Source: Promethearchaeota archaeon (lineage in GTDB: Archaea > Asgardarchaeota > Lokiarchaeia > Sigyniarchaeales > Promethearchaeaceae). Taken from it: a stretch of DNA of 32,000 bases. The notes beneath the pieces are model-generated. The model saw only the letters and a program-made list of their open reading frames with translations. It was not told the DNA's origin and searched no databases. Of this stretch, positions 16,177 to 25,594 are shown piece by piece (the stretch's first letter is position 1; each line of letters begins with the position of its first letter). Made by a program: the position numbers and the translations under genes. Where the stretch lies: NCBI GenBank assembly GCA_016933055.1, contig JAFGBS010000009.1, positions 120,001-152,000 of the forward strand, written 5' to 3'.

Positions 16177-17700
16177 TTAGTAGGTCCAAACTCCAGTACG
16201 AGGAAGGTTTTCAACAAAATCTTGCTCAGGTTGAAAAAGAGAGGAAAAAATCTGCCAGTAATATAATTCTTCCTTATTTTTTACGAAAATACTCGGATAA
16301 ATTTCTCGATGATTTTTAAACTCTTCATCGGATATTTTTTGATTGAAATAATCCCTTAAGAAAAATTGAGATCCCACACCCTTGGAAAATTTCGCTTTTT
16401 TCCTCAAATATACGCTTTCGGGTATCAATTCTTTAAAAGACTCTCGGATTATCCATTTTTCTATTGTAGAATCTTCCCTCTTTCGAAGTTTAAGATCTAG
16501 CGGCAAGGAAAATGAGAAATTAATCAAACTGGAGTCAAACCAAGGTGCACGTGCTTCTAAACTAAACGCATAGGGAATCCTATCAACGCGCTGTAATCCA
16601 GTCGCATGTTCGATTTTCAGCATCTGAACCATTTCGAGTTTCAATTGAGAGGTTGACAAATTTTTTAGATATTCATATCCACCAAATAATTCATCTCCTC
16701 CTTCACCTGTCAATAAAACTCCTGTCTCTTCATCCACTTTTGAAGACACATAATACATGGGTAACGCACTCCGAATCAATGCTGCATCAAATGTCTCCAA
16801 ATGGTAAATCACTTCAGGCACAATTTCTAACAATTCACTAAGAGTTACATTGAAAATATGATGATTAGTGTTCGGATACATTTTTGCAAAGTTGAGTGCA
16901 TGAGGTAAATCTGGGGAATTTTTCGTAACCACGGTATATATATCAAGATCAGGTATAAATTTCTGAGTTAGTGCACAAATCACTGTGGAATCAATTCCAC
17001 CACTCAATAAAGCACCCACTTTACATGGAACATTGATTGAATGTCGCACAGCTTTTTCTACTAAGGAATATAACTGTTGTTTAATATTCCCAACCTCGAT
17101 TTTTTGAGAACTTGGTTTTTCCAATAGTCTTTCAGGATCGAAAAAGTTGGTGTATGTGATTTCATCGGTGATAAAATTGTAAACACATACGGTTCCTGGT
17201 TCTAAAAAGATAGGAGTTCCTGAAAAACCAGATAAAGCTTTCAATTCTGATGCCACCACAAATGCAGAAACCGTATTTAAGATGTATAAAGGTTTATTTC
17301 CTATCGGATCCTTTGCTAAAATGATTTCAGAATTGGATTTCAACAATATCGCATATATTCCCTTGATTTCCTTGAAGACATTAATTCCATGTTTATTGAA
17401 TGCATCCAATAGGAGCATTTGGGGCGAATTTTTTCCCGTCATCTTAAGTAAAGAACTCTTGTTATAGATGGATCCATCCACCACTTCAAAAAGAAGATGT
17501 CCATTTCGAGTGATATTTGTATGAAATTGCTTATAATTCTCTCGTTGGGCATAGTTGATAAAGAATTTTCCAAAAAATTCGGAATTTTGAACCGTTTCTA
17601 CATGTTCATCCCCTCGATGTTTCAATTTATTCGCAATTTTTCGTATGTTCTTAGGCCATTTTGTATGATTTTTTCGATAATACAGAAAAATACCGGTCAT
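16177..17700 (-). CDS. asnB: Asparagine synthetase B-like ATP-dependent amide ligase with degenerate glutaminase domain
   Basis: Synthetase motifs LLSGGIDST, LTGEGGDELFGGY and LEARAPWFD are intact. The N-terminus is MTGIF rather than MCGI, and DGSIYN replaces NGEIYN. Confidence 0.85.
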   Translation of the reverse strand: MTGIFLYYRKNHTKWPKNIRKIANKLKHRGDEHVETVQNSEFFGKFFINYAQRENYKQFHTNITRNGHLLFEVVDGSIYNKSSLLKMTGKNSPQMLLLDAFNKHGINVFKEIKGIYAILLKSNSEIILAKDPIGNKPLYILNTVSAFVVASELKALSGFSGTPIFLEPGTVCVYNFITDEITYTNFFDPERLLEKPSSQKIEVGNIKQQLYSLVEKAVRHSINVPCKVGALLSGGIDSTVICALTQKFIPDLDIYTVVTKNSPDLPHALNFAKMYPNTNHHIFNVTLSELLEIVPEVIYHLETFDAALIRSALPMYYVSSKVDEETGVLLTGEGGDELFGGYEYLKNLSTSQLKLEMVQMLKIEHATGLQRVDRIPYAFSLEARAPWFDSSLINFSFSLPLDLKLRKREDSTIEKWIIRESFKELIPESVYLRKKAKFSKGVGSQFFLRDYFNQKISDEEFKNHREIYPSIFVKNKEELYYWQIFSSLFQPEQDFVENLPRTGVWTY

Positions 17701-18050
17701 ATATATTCATCTAATTTTATATTATTCTTAGGATCTCTTCTCTTCCAATTTGTCTTCAAGTATCTAAAACTTATTCCATTCGAACTATATTCTTATTTAA
17801 TAAGAAATTTTACTGTATTTGTCAACCATGTTTGAGATTCTGTATCTTTATTATACATCCTAATTCATAAACTACTACCATCGATTTACACGAATGTTTT
17901 GAATAAATTTGGTAGTTAAAGTAACTGATTTAGAAGATCCGAGTTAATTATTTGATTTTTAACATAATGTAACTAATAACACCTTATATATCTTTTCCCC
18001 TTTAGCATTTTACGCCCCATATCTGTAAATCTTCTAAAATAATAATATAT

Positions 18051-18437
18051 CTAATTATATTCTAACTCACTTTTATCCATATCGATAAGATCTTCAAGTT
18101 TATTCAAATATTTCTGTATAGGACGAATGTTCACCTCATCGACTTGAGTATTATCAAAAAATAACGCAATGTTACTATCTTCTCCCAGTTTCAAGATTAT
18201 AATTATATGGGTTGTAGATTCAAAGATAATTTTTTGATAATCTGTGGATGAAACACCATAACAGACTAAACTTTGTCTAAATGTGTTAATTACCTCATTT
18301 AAATTAGCACAGATAACCGGAACATTAGCTTTTTCTGAGAATGAGGATTGAAACACTATTCCCGTATTGTAAAACATAATATAATCAATTAAACCTGGAA
18401 GTTCATTCTTTACTTTGTTCAGAATTTTCATTACCAT
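18051..18437 (-). CDS. Roadblock/LC7 (MglB/LAMTOR-like) domain protein
   Basis: 128 aa following the roadblock pattern: helix, PGLIDYIMFYNTGIVFQS hairpin, long helix, QKIIFES..HIIIILKLGEDSNIALFF three-strand sheet, C-terminal helix. Confidence 0.7.
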   Translation of the reverse strand: MVMKILNKVKNELPGLIDYIMFYNTGIVFQSSFSEKANVPVICANLNEVINTFRQSLVCYGVSSTDYQKIIFESTTHIIIILKLGEDSNIALFFDNTQVDEVNIRPIQKYLNKLEDLIDMDKSELEYN

Positions 18438-18438
18438 T

Positions 18439-19872
18439 TTAAATTTTCAACTTCTTTTTTTCTTGACGGATTTTATATTTCTTTAAAATATGGGGATTAA
18501 ATTTTATCAATATTAATGCAGTACATCCCAGTAAAAACACTACCAAAGCTACTATTCCAAAAATCCAGTTCAACAGAAAACCATAAAAAATTGTGATCAT
18601 ACAGAGTTGATAAAACGTTGTTATGAATCCAATTCTCCAGAACTCTTTAATTCGGATAGGACGCTTATTTTTGCTAGCGATATTCATTACTAGGATATTA
18701 TCTCCCATCGGGGTAAAATTGTCCCCCCAATTTGCCCCAATTGCCAGAGAGTAATAAGCTAATTTGCGATAATTCTCTGGATATCCTATTGTTATGCTAG
18801 AAATGGCAGGAATTAGAACTTTAGTTATGGGAATATTATCTATCGTAGCACTTAGTATTCCTGATATCCATAAAATAGCCAGAATTGCAATAAGAATATT
18901 ATCTCCGCTTAACCGACCCAATAATCCTCCTAAATTTTGTAATATATTGGTGTACTCAATCGAGCCTGCAATTACAAAAATCCCCATAAGATAGAGAAGT
19001 AATCCCATATCAATTTCGGAGATAATACGATCTACATCCTCCCAAGATATGATCAATAAAATCATTGCTCCAGATAATGCAATCACATCTGGTGAAAGCA
19101 TAGTTGATGGAATCGATATGAAGAGGATAAAGACGATTCCCAGAATAAGGGAAGATTTCATCAATAATGATTTATTTGTAATCATAATAGATGGGCTTAA
19201 CTCTTTTAAGATATTGATGTTTTCAGTAGGAATTTTCATGGATTTTCTATATATTATATAAAACAAACCTACTGTTAGGAGATAACAAAGTATTGAAATA
19301 AAACCTACATTTACAAAAAATTCATTGAAACCGATCCCGCTAGCACCTGTAATTAAAATGTTGGGAATAGATGATATTGCAAAGAATGTTCCCCCGATAT
19401 TCACCAAAACTGCTTGGGTGATAATGAAAGGTTCGGGATCTATGTTTAAAATACGTGTAACTGTGATAGTGAGAGGTATGATAATCATTACAGTTAAAAT
19501 ATTATTGATTACTGCCGATATTAAGACTGTTATTGTACATAATATAAACAATAGCATATTGGGACGATTTGCGGTACCCAAAATTAATCTTAATGATATA
19601 TAACTGAATAATCCCGCTTTATGGCAAATTTGCACGATTATAGAGATTCCAAAAATAAGAATCAATGAATGGGTGTTTACGAAACCATCTGCAGGGGTTC
19701 CAAAAATAAATCCTACGAATAGTGAATAATCTTCTTTTTCTATAAATGTGAGTGTAAAAAAACACAGAAGAGCTCCACTTATTGATAATAGTATTCGGTT
19801 GGCTTTATCTAGCATTAACAGTGTTACAATTGCAATAAATATAGTAATTATAATTGCCGTTGAAATCCACAA
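18439..19872 (-). CDS. Ion-transporter superfamily permease (ArsB/NhaD/SLC13/P-protein-like)
   Basis: Multiple TMs with ISAVINNILTV, VNIGGTFFAISSIPN, LSATIDNIPIT and GANWGDNFTPMG..N. Confidence 0.88.
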   Translation of the reverse strand: MWISTAIIITIFIAIVTLLMLDKANRILLSISGALLCFFTLTFIEKEDYSLFVGFIFGTPADGFVNTHSLILIFGISIIVQICHKAGLFSYISLRLILGTANRPNMLLFILCTITVLISAVINNILTVMIIIPLTITVTRILNIDPEPFIITQAVLVNIGGTFFAISSIPNILITGASGIGFNEFFVNVGFISILCYLLTVGLFYIIYRKSMKIPTENINILKELSPSIMITNKSLLMKSSLILGIVFILFISIPSTMLSPDVIALSGAMILLIISWEDVDRIISEIDMGLLLYLMGIFVIAGSIEYTNILQNLGGLLGRLSGDNILIAILAILWISGILSATIDNIPITKVLIPAISSITIGYPENYRKLAYYSLAIGANWGDNFTPMGDNILVMNIASKNKRPIRIKEFWRIGFITTFYQLCMITIFYGFLLNWIFGIVALVVFLLGCTALILIKFNPHILKKYKIRQEKKKLKI

Positions 19873-19896
19873 TTATCTCTCCACCAGAATCTTAAT

Positions 19897-20976
19897 TTAT
19901 ATCCATTTTTTTCTACGGAAGTATATGACCAATCCAATCGAGATCAAAATCATGATTACCCAGACTATAGGATAACCCCATGGAGAATTGAGTTCGGGCA
20001 TGAATTTAAAGTTCATCCCGTACACTCCTGCAATAAAAGTTAAGGGTATAAAGATGGTCGATATTATTGTTAGAACTTTCATAATCTCATTAGTTTTATT
20101 GCCAATACTGGTTAAATAAAGATCCATCAAGCCTGTGAGCAGTTCTCGATAGTTATCTATGGTGTCGATCACTTGATGGATATGATCACTAAGATCTCTA
20201 AAATAAATATAGATCGATTGATCAATATAATCGTTCTCTGACCTAAGAATTGTGTTTACAACATCTCGTAACGGCCATGTGGATTTTCTCATGAAGGTTA
20301 TTGAACTTTTTAACCGGTGTATTTCCCGCATTATTTTCGGATTATTTTTTTCTGAAATATTAGATTCTAAAGTTTCAATTACATCTCCGATGTTTTCTAA
20401 GGTTATAAAATATCTGTCTACAACTGAATCTAGTAAGGCGTACAGTAAATAAGAAGAATCCATAGTGCGAATTCTTCCTTTTGCTGTTTTAATTCGATTT
20501 TGAATGGGTAAAAATACATTCTCTTCACTCTCTTGAAAAGACAAAAGAATCCCCGGTTTCAGAACAAACGATAGCTGCTCATAAATTAAATTATACTGTT
20601 CTTGATTCCAATCGATATGTTTGACTGTGATAAACAAACCATCATCATATACCTCATATTTCGGTCTTTGATTTGGGTGGGGATTAAGAATATCTTCTAA
20701 TGTTAATGGATGCAAGTTAAAAGCAGTTCCTAACTTCTCTAGAATGAGGGGTTCTGACAATCCATCTACGTTTAACCAAAAAACACCCTTATTCGTATCA
20801 ATGTTAGGCAATATTTCCTCCAATTTTGATTGGTCATTTATTTTTTTCTCTTCATAATGTCTATTTGAATATGAAATCAAAGTAATCTCGGGTTTTTTAC
20901 TAGTCTTTGTTCCTGTATAGACAAGACTCCCTGGAGGGGAGTTAATTTTTTTCTTGTAGGAGTAAGTTCTGTTCAT
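19897..20976 (-). CDS. corA: Magnesium/cobalt transporter CorA
   Basis: FWLNVDGL, LHPLTLEDI, QRPKYE and NEIMKVLTIISTIFIPLTFIAGVYGMNF (GMN signature) followed by MPEL. Confidence 0.97.
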   Translation of the reverse strand: MNRTYSYKKKINSPPGSLVYTGTKTSKKPEITLISYSNRHYEEKKINDQSKLEEILPNIDTNKGVFWLNVDGLSEPLILEKLGTAFNLHPLTLEDILNPHPNQRPKYEVYDDGLFITVKHIDWNQEQYNLIYEQLSFVLKPGILLSFQESEENVFLPIQNRIKTAKGRIRTMDSSYLLYALLDSVVDRYFITLENIGDVIETLESNISEKNNPKIMREIHRLKSSITFMRKSTWPLRDVVNTILRSENDYIDQSIYIYFRDLSDHIHQVIDTIDNYRELLTGLMDLYLTSIGNKTNEIMKVLTIISTIFIPLTFIAGVYGMNFKFMPELNSPWGYPIVWVIMILISIGLVIYFRRKKWI

Positions 20977-21155
20977 CGTCCTTCCTCAGTTCAGATTTAA
21001 TATTTCAAAGGATAAAGCAAATAAAAATATACTTACCATGAGAATTTATACTAAAAAAACGGGTATTTGTTTGGAAAGAAGAATTCTATCTATTTAACCA
21101 CTGTAGAACATATTAACCAAAAATATTTCAATTGCTAATTCTAAACTAGCTCAGC

Positions 21156-22832
21156 ATGGATTATACTTTAGAAAAACTCTCGTCGTTTTCTGGTCCACAA
21201 GGCCCCTTACTTCTGATCATTATGGACGGATTGGGTATTGGCAAGAAAGATCAAGGAGACGCAGTATTTCTTGCAAATCCTCAAAATCTGATTAAATTGG
21301 AAAAAGAATGCAAGGAGAGAGCATTATTTACCACAATTAAAGCACACGGTCCTGCTGTGGGATTACCATCGGAAGAAGATCAAGGAAATAGTGAAGTTGG
21401 TCATAATGCTATAGGTGCAGGTCGGATTTATAACCAAGGTGCAAAACTGGTAAATGAAGACTTAAAGACAGGTCGAATATTCGGAACAAGATTATGGGAA
21501 AAATTAACCTCGAAAGTGAAAGGTACTGATAACTGCGTTCATCTCATCGGTTTATTATCAGATGGGAATGTGCATAGTAATATACATCAGTTATATGGTA
21601 TTTTAGATGGACTTGTTGAGTCCGGAGTGAATAAAGTACGCATTCATATTCTTTTAGATGGTCGAGATGTTCCTGAAAAATCTGCATTGAGTTATGTTCA
21701 CCCATTAGAGAATAAACTAAAACTTATTCAAGAAACATATAATTATGATTATCGAATTGCATCAGGTGGGGGGCGAATGTATGTGACAATGGACAGATAC
21801 GAATCCGATTGGAATGTAGTTAAACGAGGTTGGTATACACATGTATTAGGTATTGTACAAGAAATAGATCTCGTAAAAGGATACAAAGGATATTACCAAA
21901 GTACGGAAGAAGCGATAACACATGGGCGTGATTGTTTCCCTGAAACAAATGATCAAACCGCACGCCCCTTTGTTGTAGTAGATGAGCAGGGACAACCTGT
22001 CGGAAAAATATATGATGGGGATGTGGTTATTAATTTCAATTTTCGAGGGGATCGAGCTATTCAGATTTCAAAGGCATTTGAAGAAGAAGAATTTGACAAG
22101 TTTGATCGAATATATTACCCGGATGTGGAATATGCAGGATTATTAGAATATGATGATGAAGCTCATATTCCGGAGCAGTATTTGGTTCAACCACCAGATA
22201 TTAAACACACATTGAGTGATTTCCTTTGTGCTCAAAAAGTCTCGCAATTCGCCATAGCTGAAACTCATAAGTTTGGTCATGTCACTTATTTTTGGAATGG
22301 AAATCGAACGGGTTACGTGTGTCCAGATCTAGAAAAATATATGGAAATAAAATCAGATCCCAGTGAAATGATTCCCAAGCAACCGAAGATGAAAGCATAT
22401 GAAGTCCTCAAAAAAACGTTGGAAGTGTTGGATTCCTTAGAATATAAGTTTATTCGGGTGAATTTTGCCAATCCGGACATGGTTGGACACACTGGTCTTA
22501 TTGATGCTACCATAATCGCAGTCCAAACAGTTGATGAATGTGTTGCGGAATTAGTAAAGAAAGTTAATGAGTTAAATGGTATCACTATTATTACTGCAGA
22601 TCATGGTAATGCTGAGGAGATGTTACAAAAAGATGGTAGCAGCTCCAAAACTTCCCATACAACTAATCCTGTAGGCTTTTGGATCATTGATAAAAATTGG
22701 GATGGAGAGTATAAACTTAATTTCGAATTGGAGGACCCCGGATTAACTAATATTACCTCTACAATTATTAATTTACTAGGGTACAATACACCCGAAATCT
22801 ATCGGAAAAGTTTGGTTCGGTTTCGAGAATAA
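21156..22832 (+). CDS. gpmI: 2,3-bisphosphoglycerate-independent phosphoglycerate mutase (GpmI type)
   Basis: IIMDGLG, GNSEVGH (catalytic Ser), LLSDGNVHS, LDGRDV, GGRMYVTMDRYE, NFANPDMVGHTG and TADHGNAE..HT. Confidence 0.96.
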   Translation: MDYTLEKLSSFSGPQGPLLLIIMDGLGIGKKDQGDAVFLANPQNLIKLEKECKERALFTTIKAHGPAVGLPSEEDQGNSEVGHNAIGAGRIYNQGAKLVNEDLKTGRIFGTRLWEKLTSKVKGTDNCVHLIGLLSDGNVHSNIHQLYGILDGLVESGVNKVRIHILLDGRDVPEKSALSYVHPLENKLKLIQETYNYDYRIASGGGRMYVTMDRYESDWNVVKRGWYTHVLGIVQEIDLVKGYKGYYQSTEEAITHGRDCFPETNDQTARPFVVVDEQGQPVGKIYDGDVVINFNFRGDRAIQISKAFEEEEFDKFDRIYYPDVEYAGLLEYDDEAHIPEQYLVQPPDIKHTLSDFLCAQKVSQFAIAETHKFGHVTYFWNGNRTGYVCPDLEKYMEIKSDPSEMIPKQPKMKAYEVLKKTLEVLDSLEYKFIRVNFANPDMVGHTGLIDATIIAVQTVDECVAELVKKVNELNGITIITADHGNAEEMLQKDGSSSKTSHTTNPVGFWIIDKNWDGEYKLNFELEDPGLTNITSTIINLLGYNTPEIYRKSLVRFRE

Positions 22833-22838
22833 ATACAG

Positions 22839-22858
22839 TTTTTTTTAATTCTTTTTTG
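22839..22858 (+). terminator. Oligo-T terminator candidate after gpmI
   Basis: TTTTTTTTAATTCTTTTTT immediately after the stop codon. Confidence 0.5.
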
Positions 22859-23023
22859 GTTAATATTTGTGGGTAGTGGTTTACGATTTAAATTGGGAAG
22901 ATTATAAGTTCTACTCTTTGATTGAACACTTATAATTGGGAGTTTAATGTTTAAACCAAAAAAACAATCGGGTTCAACTCTGGTCTCATAAAGCTATATA
23001 TAGCAACCTTTCATCTTCCCCTT

Positions 23024-24376
23024 ATGTCAACAGAATCAAACATTTCGCCAACTAGTGCAAATAAAATTACCATGTTCCATTTTCTATCATTTTGGATCGG
23101 GCAACTGTTTTCTGTATTTGGTTCTTCTGTAGTGTTCTTTTCCGTATTGTGGTACTTCACTGATATTACAAAAGAATTCCCAAATCAAGGCACAATATTC
23201 ACATCCGTTTCTGCTCTTGTTACGATTCCGTGGACCATTGTATTATTTTTTAGCGGAGTCTTCATTGACCGTTGGAACCGTAAAAAAATAATCCTAGTTT
23301 CCGACGCAGTGCAAGCTTTTATGACTATTGTCTTAGTAGTCCTGTTTATGTTTGGTTTTGATTTCTGGCCGGTAAATTTATGGATCGTCACAGCTATTTT
23401 TATGATCCGGCAAACTGCACAAGGATTTCATCAACCCAGTATCCAAGCTATCATTCCTCTCATGATCCCGAAAGATAAAATATCAAGATTTAATGGACTT
23501 AATACATTTGTCAGTAGCACGATACAAATTGCTGGTCCTATTTTTTCGGGTTTTTTGATTGGACTCGGATTATCTTTCACTCAAATTCTATGGATTGATG
23601 TAATAACTTTTTGTATTGCATTAATCCCTACTATCTTTATCAAGATTCCCCCCCATAAAATTGAATCTTTAGAAAATTCAAAAGAGAAATCTTCATATTT
23701 TCAAGAATTTAAAGAGGGATTTAGAACTATTATGGATATTCGGGGAATGCCTGCTCTGTTTTTAGTCATAATAGTTCTCAATTTCATAACTCAGCCTTTT
23801 AATGCATTACAACCCATATATTTCCAACAAATTATTGGTTCAGAGTTCTACACTCCATTAGCTATCAATGGAATATTTTTTCAGGTTGCCGTATTTATTG
23901 GAGCGGGATTAATGATGCTACGAAAGAAATGGAAGAAAAAATCTCTATTAATTATTGGTACGCAATTTTTGGGTATTGGAGCATGGTATTTGGTAAGTCT
24001 TGCTGGATTTGGTTTTCCGATCTACTTTATATATATAGCCAGTTCGATGGTTGGACTGTATGCGTCCATCTATAATACAACTTACCAGACAATCTTTCAT
24101 GAAACTATTCCTGCTGATAAATTAGGACGAGTATTTTCAGTGGACTATGCTATATCCTTCTTCTTAGGACCGATCGCAACGTTAATTTCGGGACCGCTAT
24201 CAGATTGGCTTGGTTTAGAGAATTTATATCTAGGAATAGCCATCTTCGCAACAATTTTCTTGACAGTGGTTGTGATATTTAGCGATTATCGATATGTGGG
24301 CGTAGATACTCCCGAGCCATTATCAGATAAAAAGTTAGAAAGAAAACAAATGTTGGAAACTCCCGAATCTCTTTAA
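23024..24376 (+). CDS. MFS transporter (Mef/DHA3 macrolide-efflux-like family)
   Basis: FWIGQLFSVFGS, motif A GVFIDRWNRKKI, C-terminal ETIPADKLGRV and about 12 hydrophobic segments. Confidence 0.9.
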   Translation: MSTESNISPTSANKITMFHFLSFWIGQLFSVFGSSVVFFSVLWYFTDITKEFPNQGTIFTSVSALVTIPWTIVLFFSGVFIDRWNRKKIILVSDAVQAFMTIVLVVLFMFGFDFWPVNLWIVTAIFMIRQTAQGFHQPSIQAIIPLMIPKDKISRFNGLNTFVSSTIQIAGPIFSGFLIGLGLSFTQILWIDVITFCIALIPTIFIKIPPHKIESLENSKEKSSYFQEFKEGFRTIMDIRGMPALFLVIIVLNFITQPFNALQPIYFQQIIGSEFYTPLAINGIFFQVAVFIGAGLMMLRKKWKKKSLLIIGTQFLGIGAWYLVSLAGFGFPIYFIYIASSMVGLYASIYNTTYQTIFHETIPADKLGRVFSVDYAISFFLGPIATLISGPLSDWLGLENLYLGIAIFATIFLTVVVIFSDYRYVGVDTPEPLSDKKLERKQMLETPESL

Positions 24377-25579
24377 TTAAATTTTCATGGTTACCCATTC
24401 TCCGATTGGGGGTGTAACTTTTTTTGATTCTGCAAAAAAGTCCATACAAATGTTTTTAAAAGTCTGTGCGGCAAGAGGATGAAACATCATAGCTAAATCC
24501 AAGCCGCATAAAGCCATAGCAAGTGCTGTAGTGACTTCCCAAAGAGGACCCCGTTTAAAAATGTCTCCCCACTGAGGAGCTTTCTTATTACTCATCCAAG
24601 CCTCTCGTGCACCCCACGCGTTCGTTGTACCTGCGCTGGTTGGAAAGTTGAGCGTCTTGTCTCCTAGTAAACCAGAAATTCGATATCTTTGATAAATTGA
24701 GTAGGAATACTCTAATCCATAGCCTAAAGTAGCACATGTAGGATCGATTACAGTGTGGTTTCTCGGAAGACCCGCATCTAAAGCGTCTTTATTGAGTTTG
24801 ATCTGGTCATTAATATCCAACTGTGTCCACAGCAGCACATTTTGATCATACTTTAAAGAAAGCGGAATCACTTGTTCCCATGTCTCTTTATCTGCGCTAC
24901 TAAACATGGTGCGAGTGTTATCATTCGCTGCAATCTTTCCAAGGGCATCATATAGTTGGGGGTCCATTGTTTTATTTCCCGAACCTCCAATAATTACTGG
25001 GATTTTCACTGCATCGAGTATTTTTTCATACATCGCGGCGTCTTCTTTAATAGGACGATTCAATAAGAGGGGGTCGGTAGCTAAACAATGAAAGGTTAGC
25101 AAATCTGCTCCAAACTTTTCTGCACGCCTAGCCCATGCGACTGTATCATCATAAACATCTTTATAGATAGCTTTTATGGGTTTGGGAAAACTTCTTCCAT
25201 AATCAAACACATCTAATGATACTACGGGACGATGGGGGTTCTTTTCTCCAAAGAATGACAAGAATGGAGGAACTGTTTCTCCTCCTATAACCACTTTCGA
25301 CTTGTTTTTATTCCGATAAAACGTTACTTCCTCGATTTTCCCTTTGTATTCGTTTTTAATTTCAGGAAATTTGGTTTCAATCCATTCTGCTGGTTTTAAT
25401 TGTTGCTGCATGGATACTTGGGATATCATTTGTTGAGTGGATTGAGTAACTGATTTTACAATTCCCGGTAGAACAGAAAATTCTAAATGCTCCCCCATTA
25501 ACTCTAAATCTTTTAGGGTCACTTCATCTGTTTCTTCCAGCATTTTCAGAAGTTTTTCGGTAATCTTTTCGAAACTCAT
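24377..25579 (-). CDS. cdhD: Acetyl-CoA decarbonylase/synthase delta subunit (corrinoid Fe-S protein small subunit) with N-terminal extension
   Basis: VVIGGETVPPF, PVVSLDVFD, IIGGSGNKTMDP, IDPTCATLGYGLEYSYS, AWGAREAW, RGPLWE and MFHPLA. SD GAGGA lies upstream. Confidence 0.93.
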   Translation of the reverse strand: MSFEKITEKLLKMLEETDEVTLKDLELMGEHLEFSVLPGIVKSVTQSTQQMISQVSMQQQLKPAEWIETKFPEIKNEYKGKIEEVTFYRNKNKSKVVIGGETVPPFLSFFGEKNPHRPVVSLDVFDYGRSFPKPIKAIYKDVYDDTVAWARRAEKFGADLLTFHCLATDPLLLNRPIKEDAAMYEKILDAVKIPVIIGGSGNKTMDPQLYDALGKIAANDNTRTMFSSADKETWEQVIPLSLKYDQNVLLWTQLDINDQIKLNKDALDAGLPRNHTVIDPTCATLGYGLEYSYSIYQRYRISGLLGDKTLNFPTSAGTTNAWGAREAWMSNKKAPQWGDIFKRGPLWEVTTALAMALCGLDLAMMFHPLAAQTFKNICMDFFAESKKVTPPIGEWVTMKI

Positions 25580-25594
25580 GATGTTTTTCCTCGT

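Noticed and set aside
16177-17700. AsnB-like gene as a GAT-QueC archaeosine enzyme (prompted by the preQ0 transporter)
   Set aside because: It lacks the QueC zinc-binding Cys cluster, and its C-terminal motifs are typical of AsnB.
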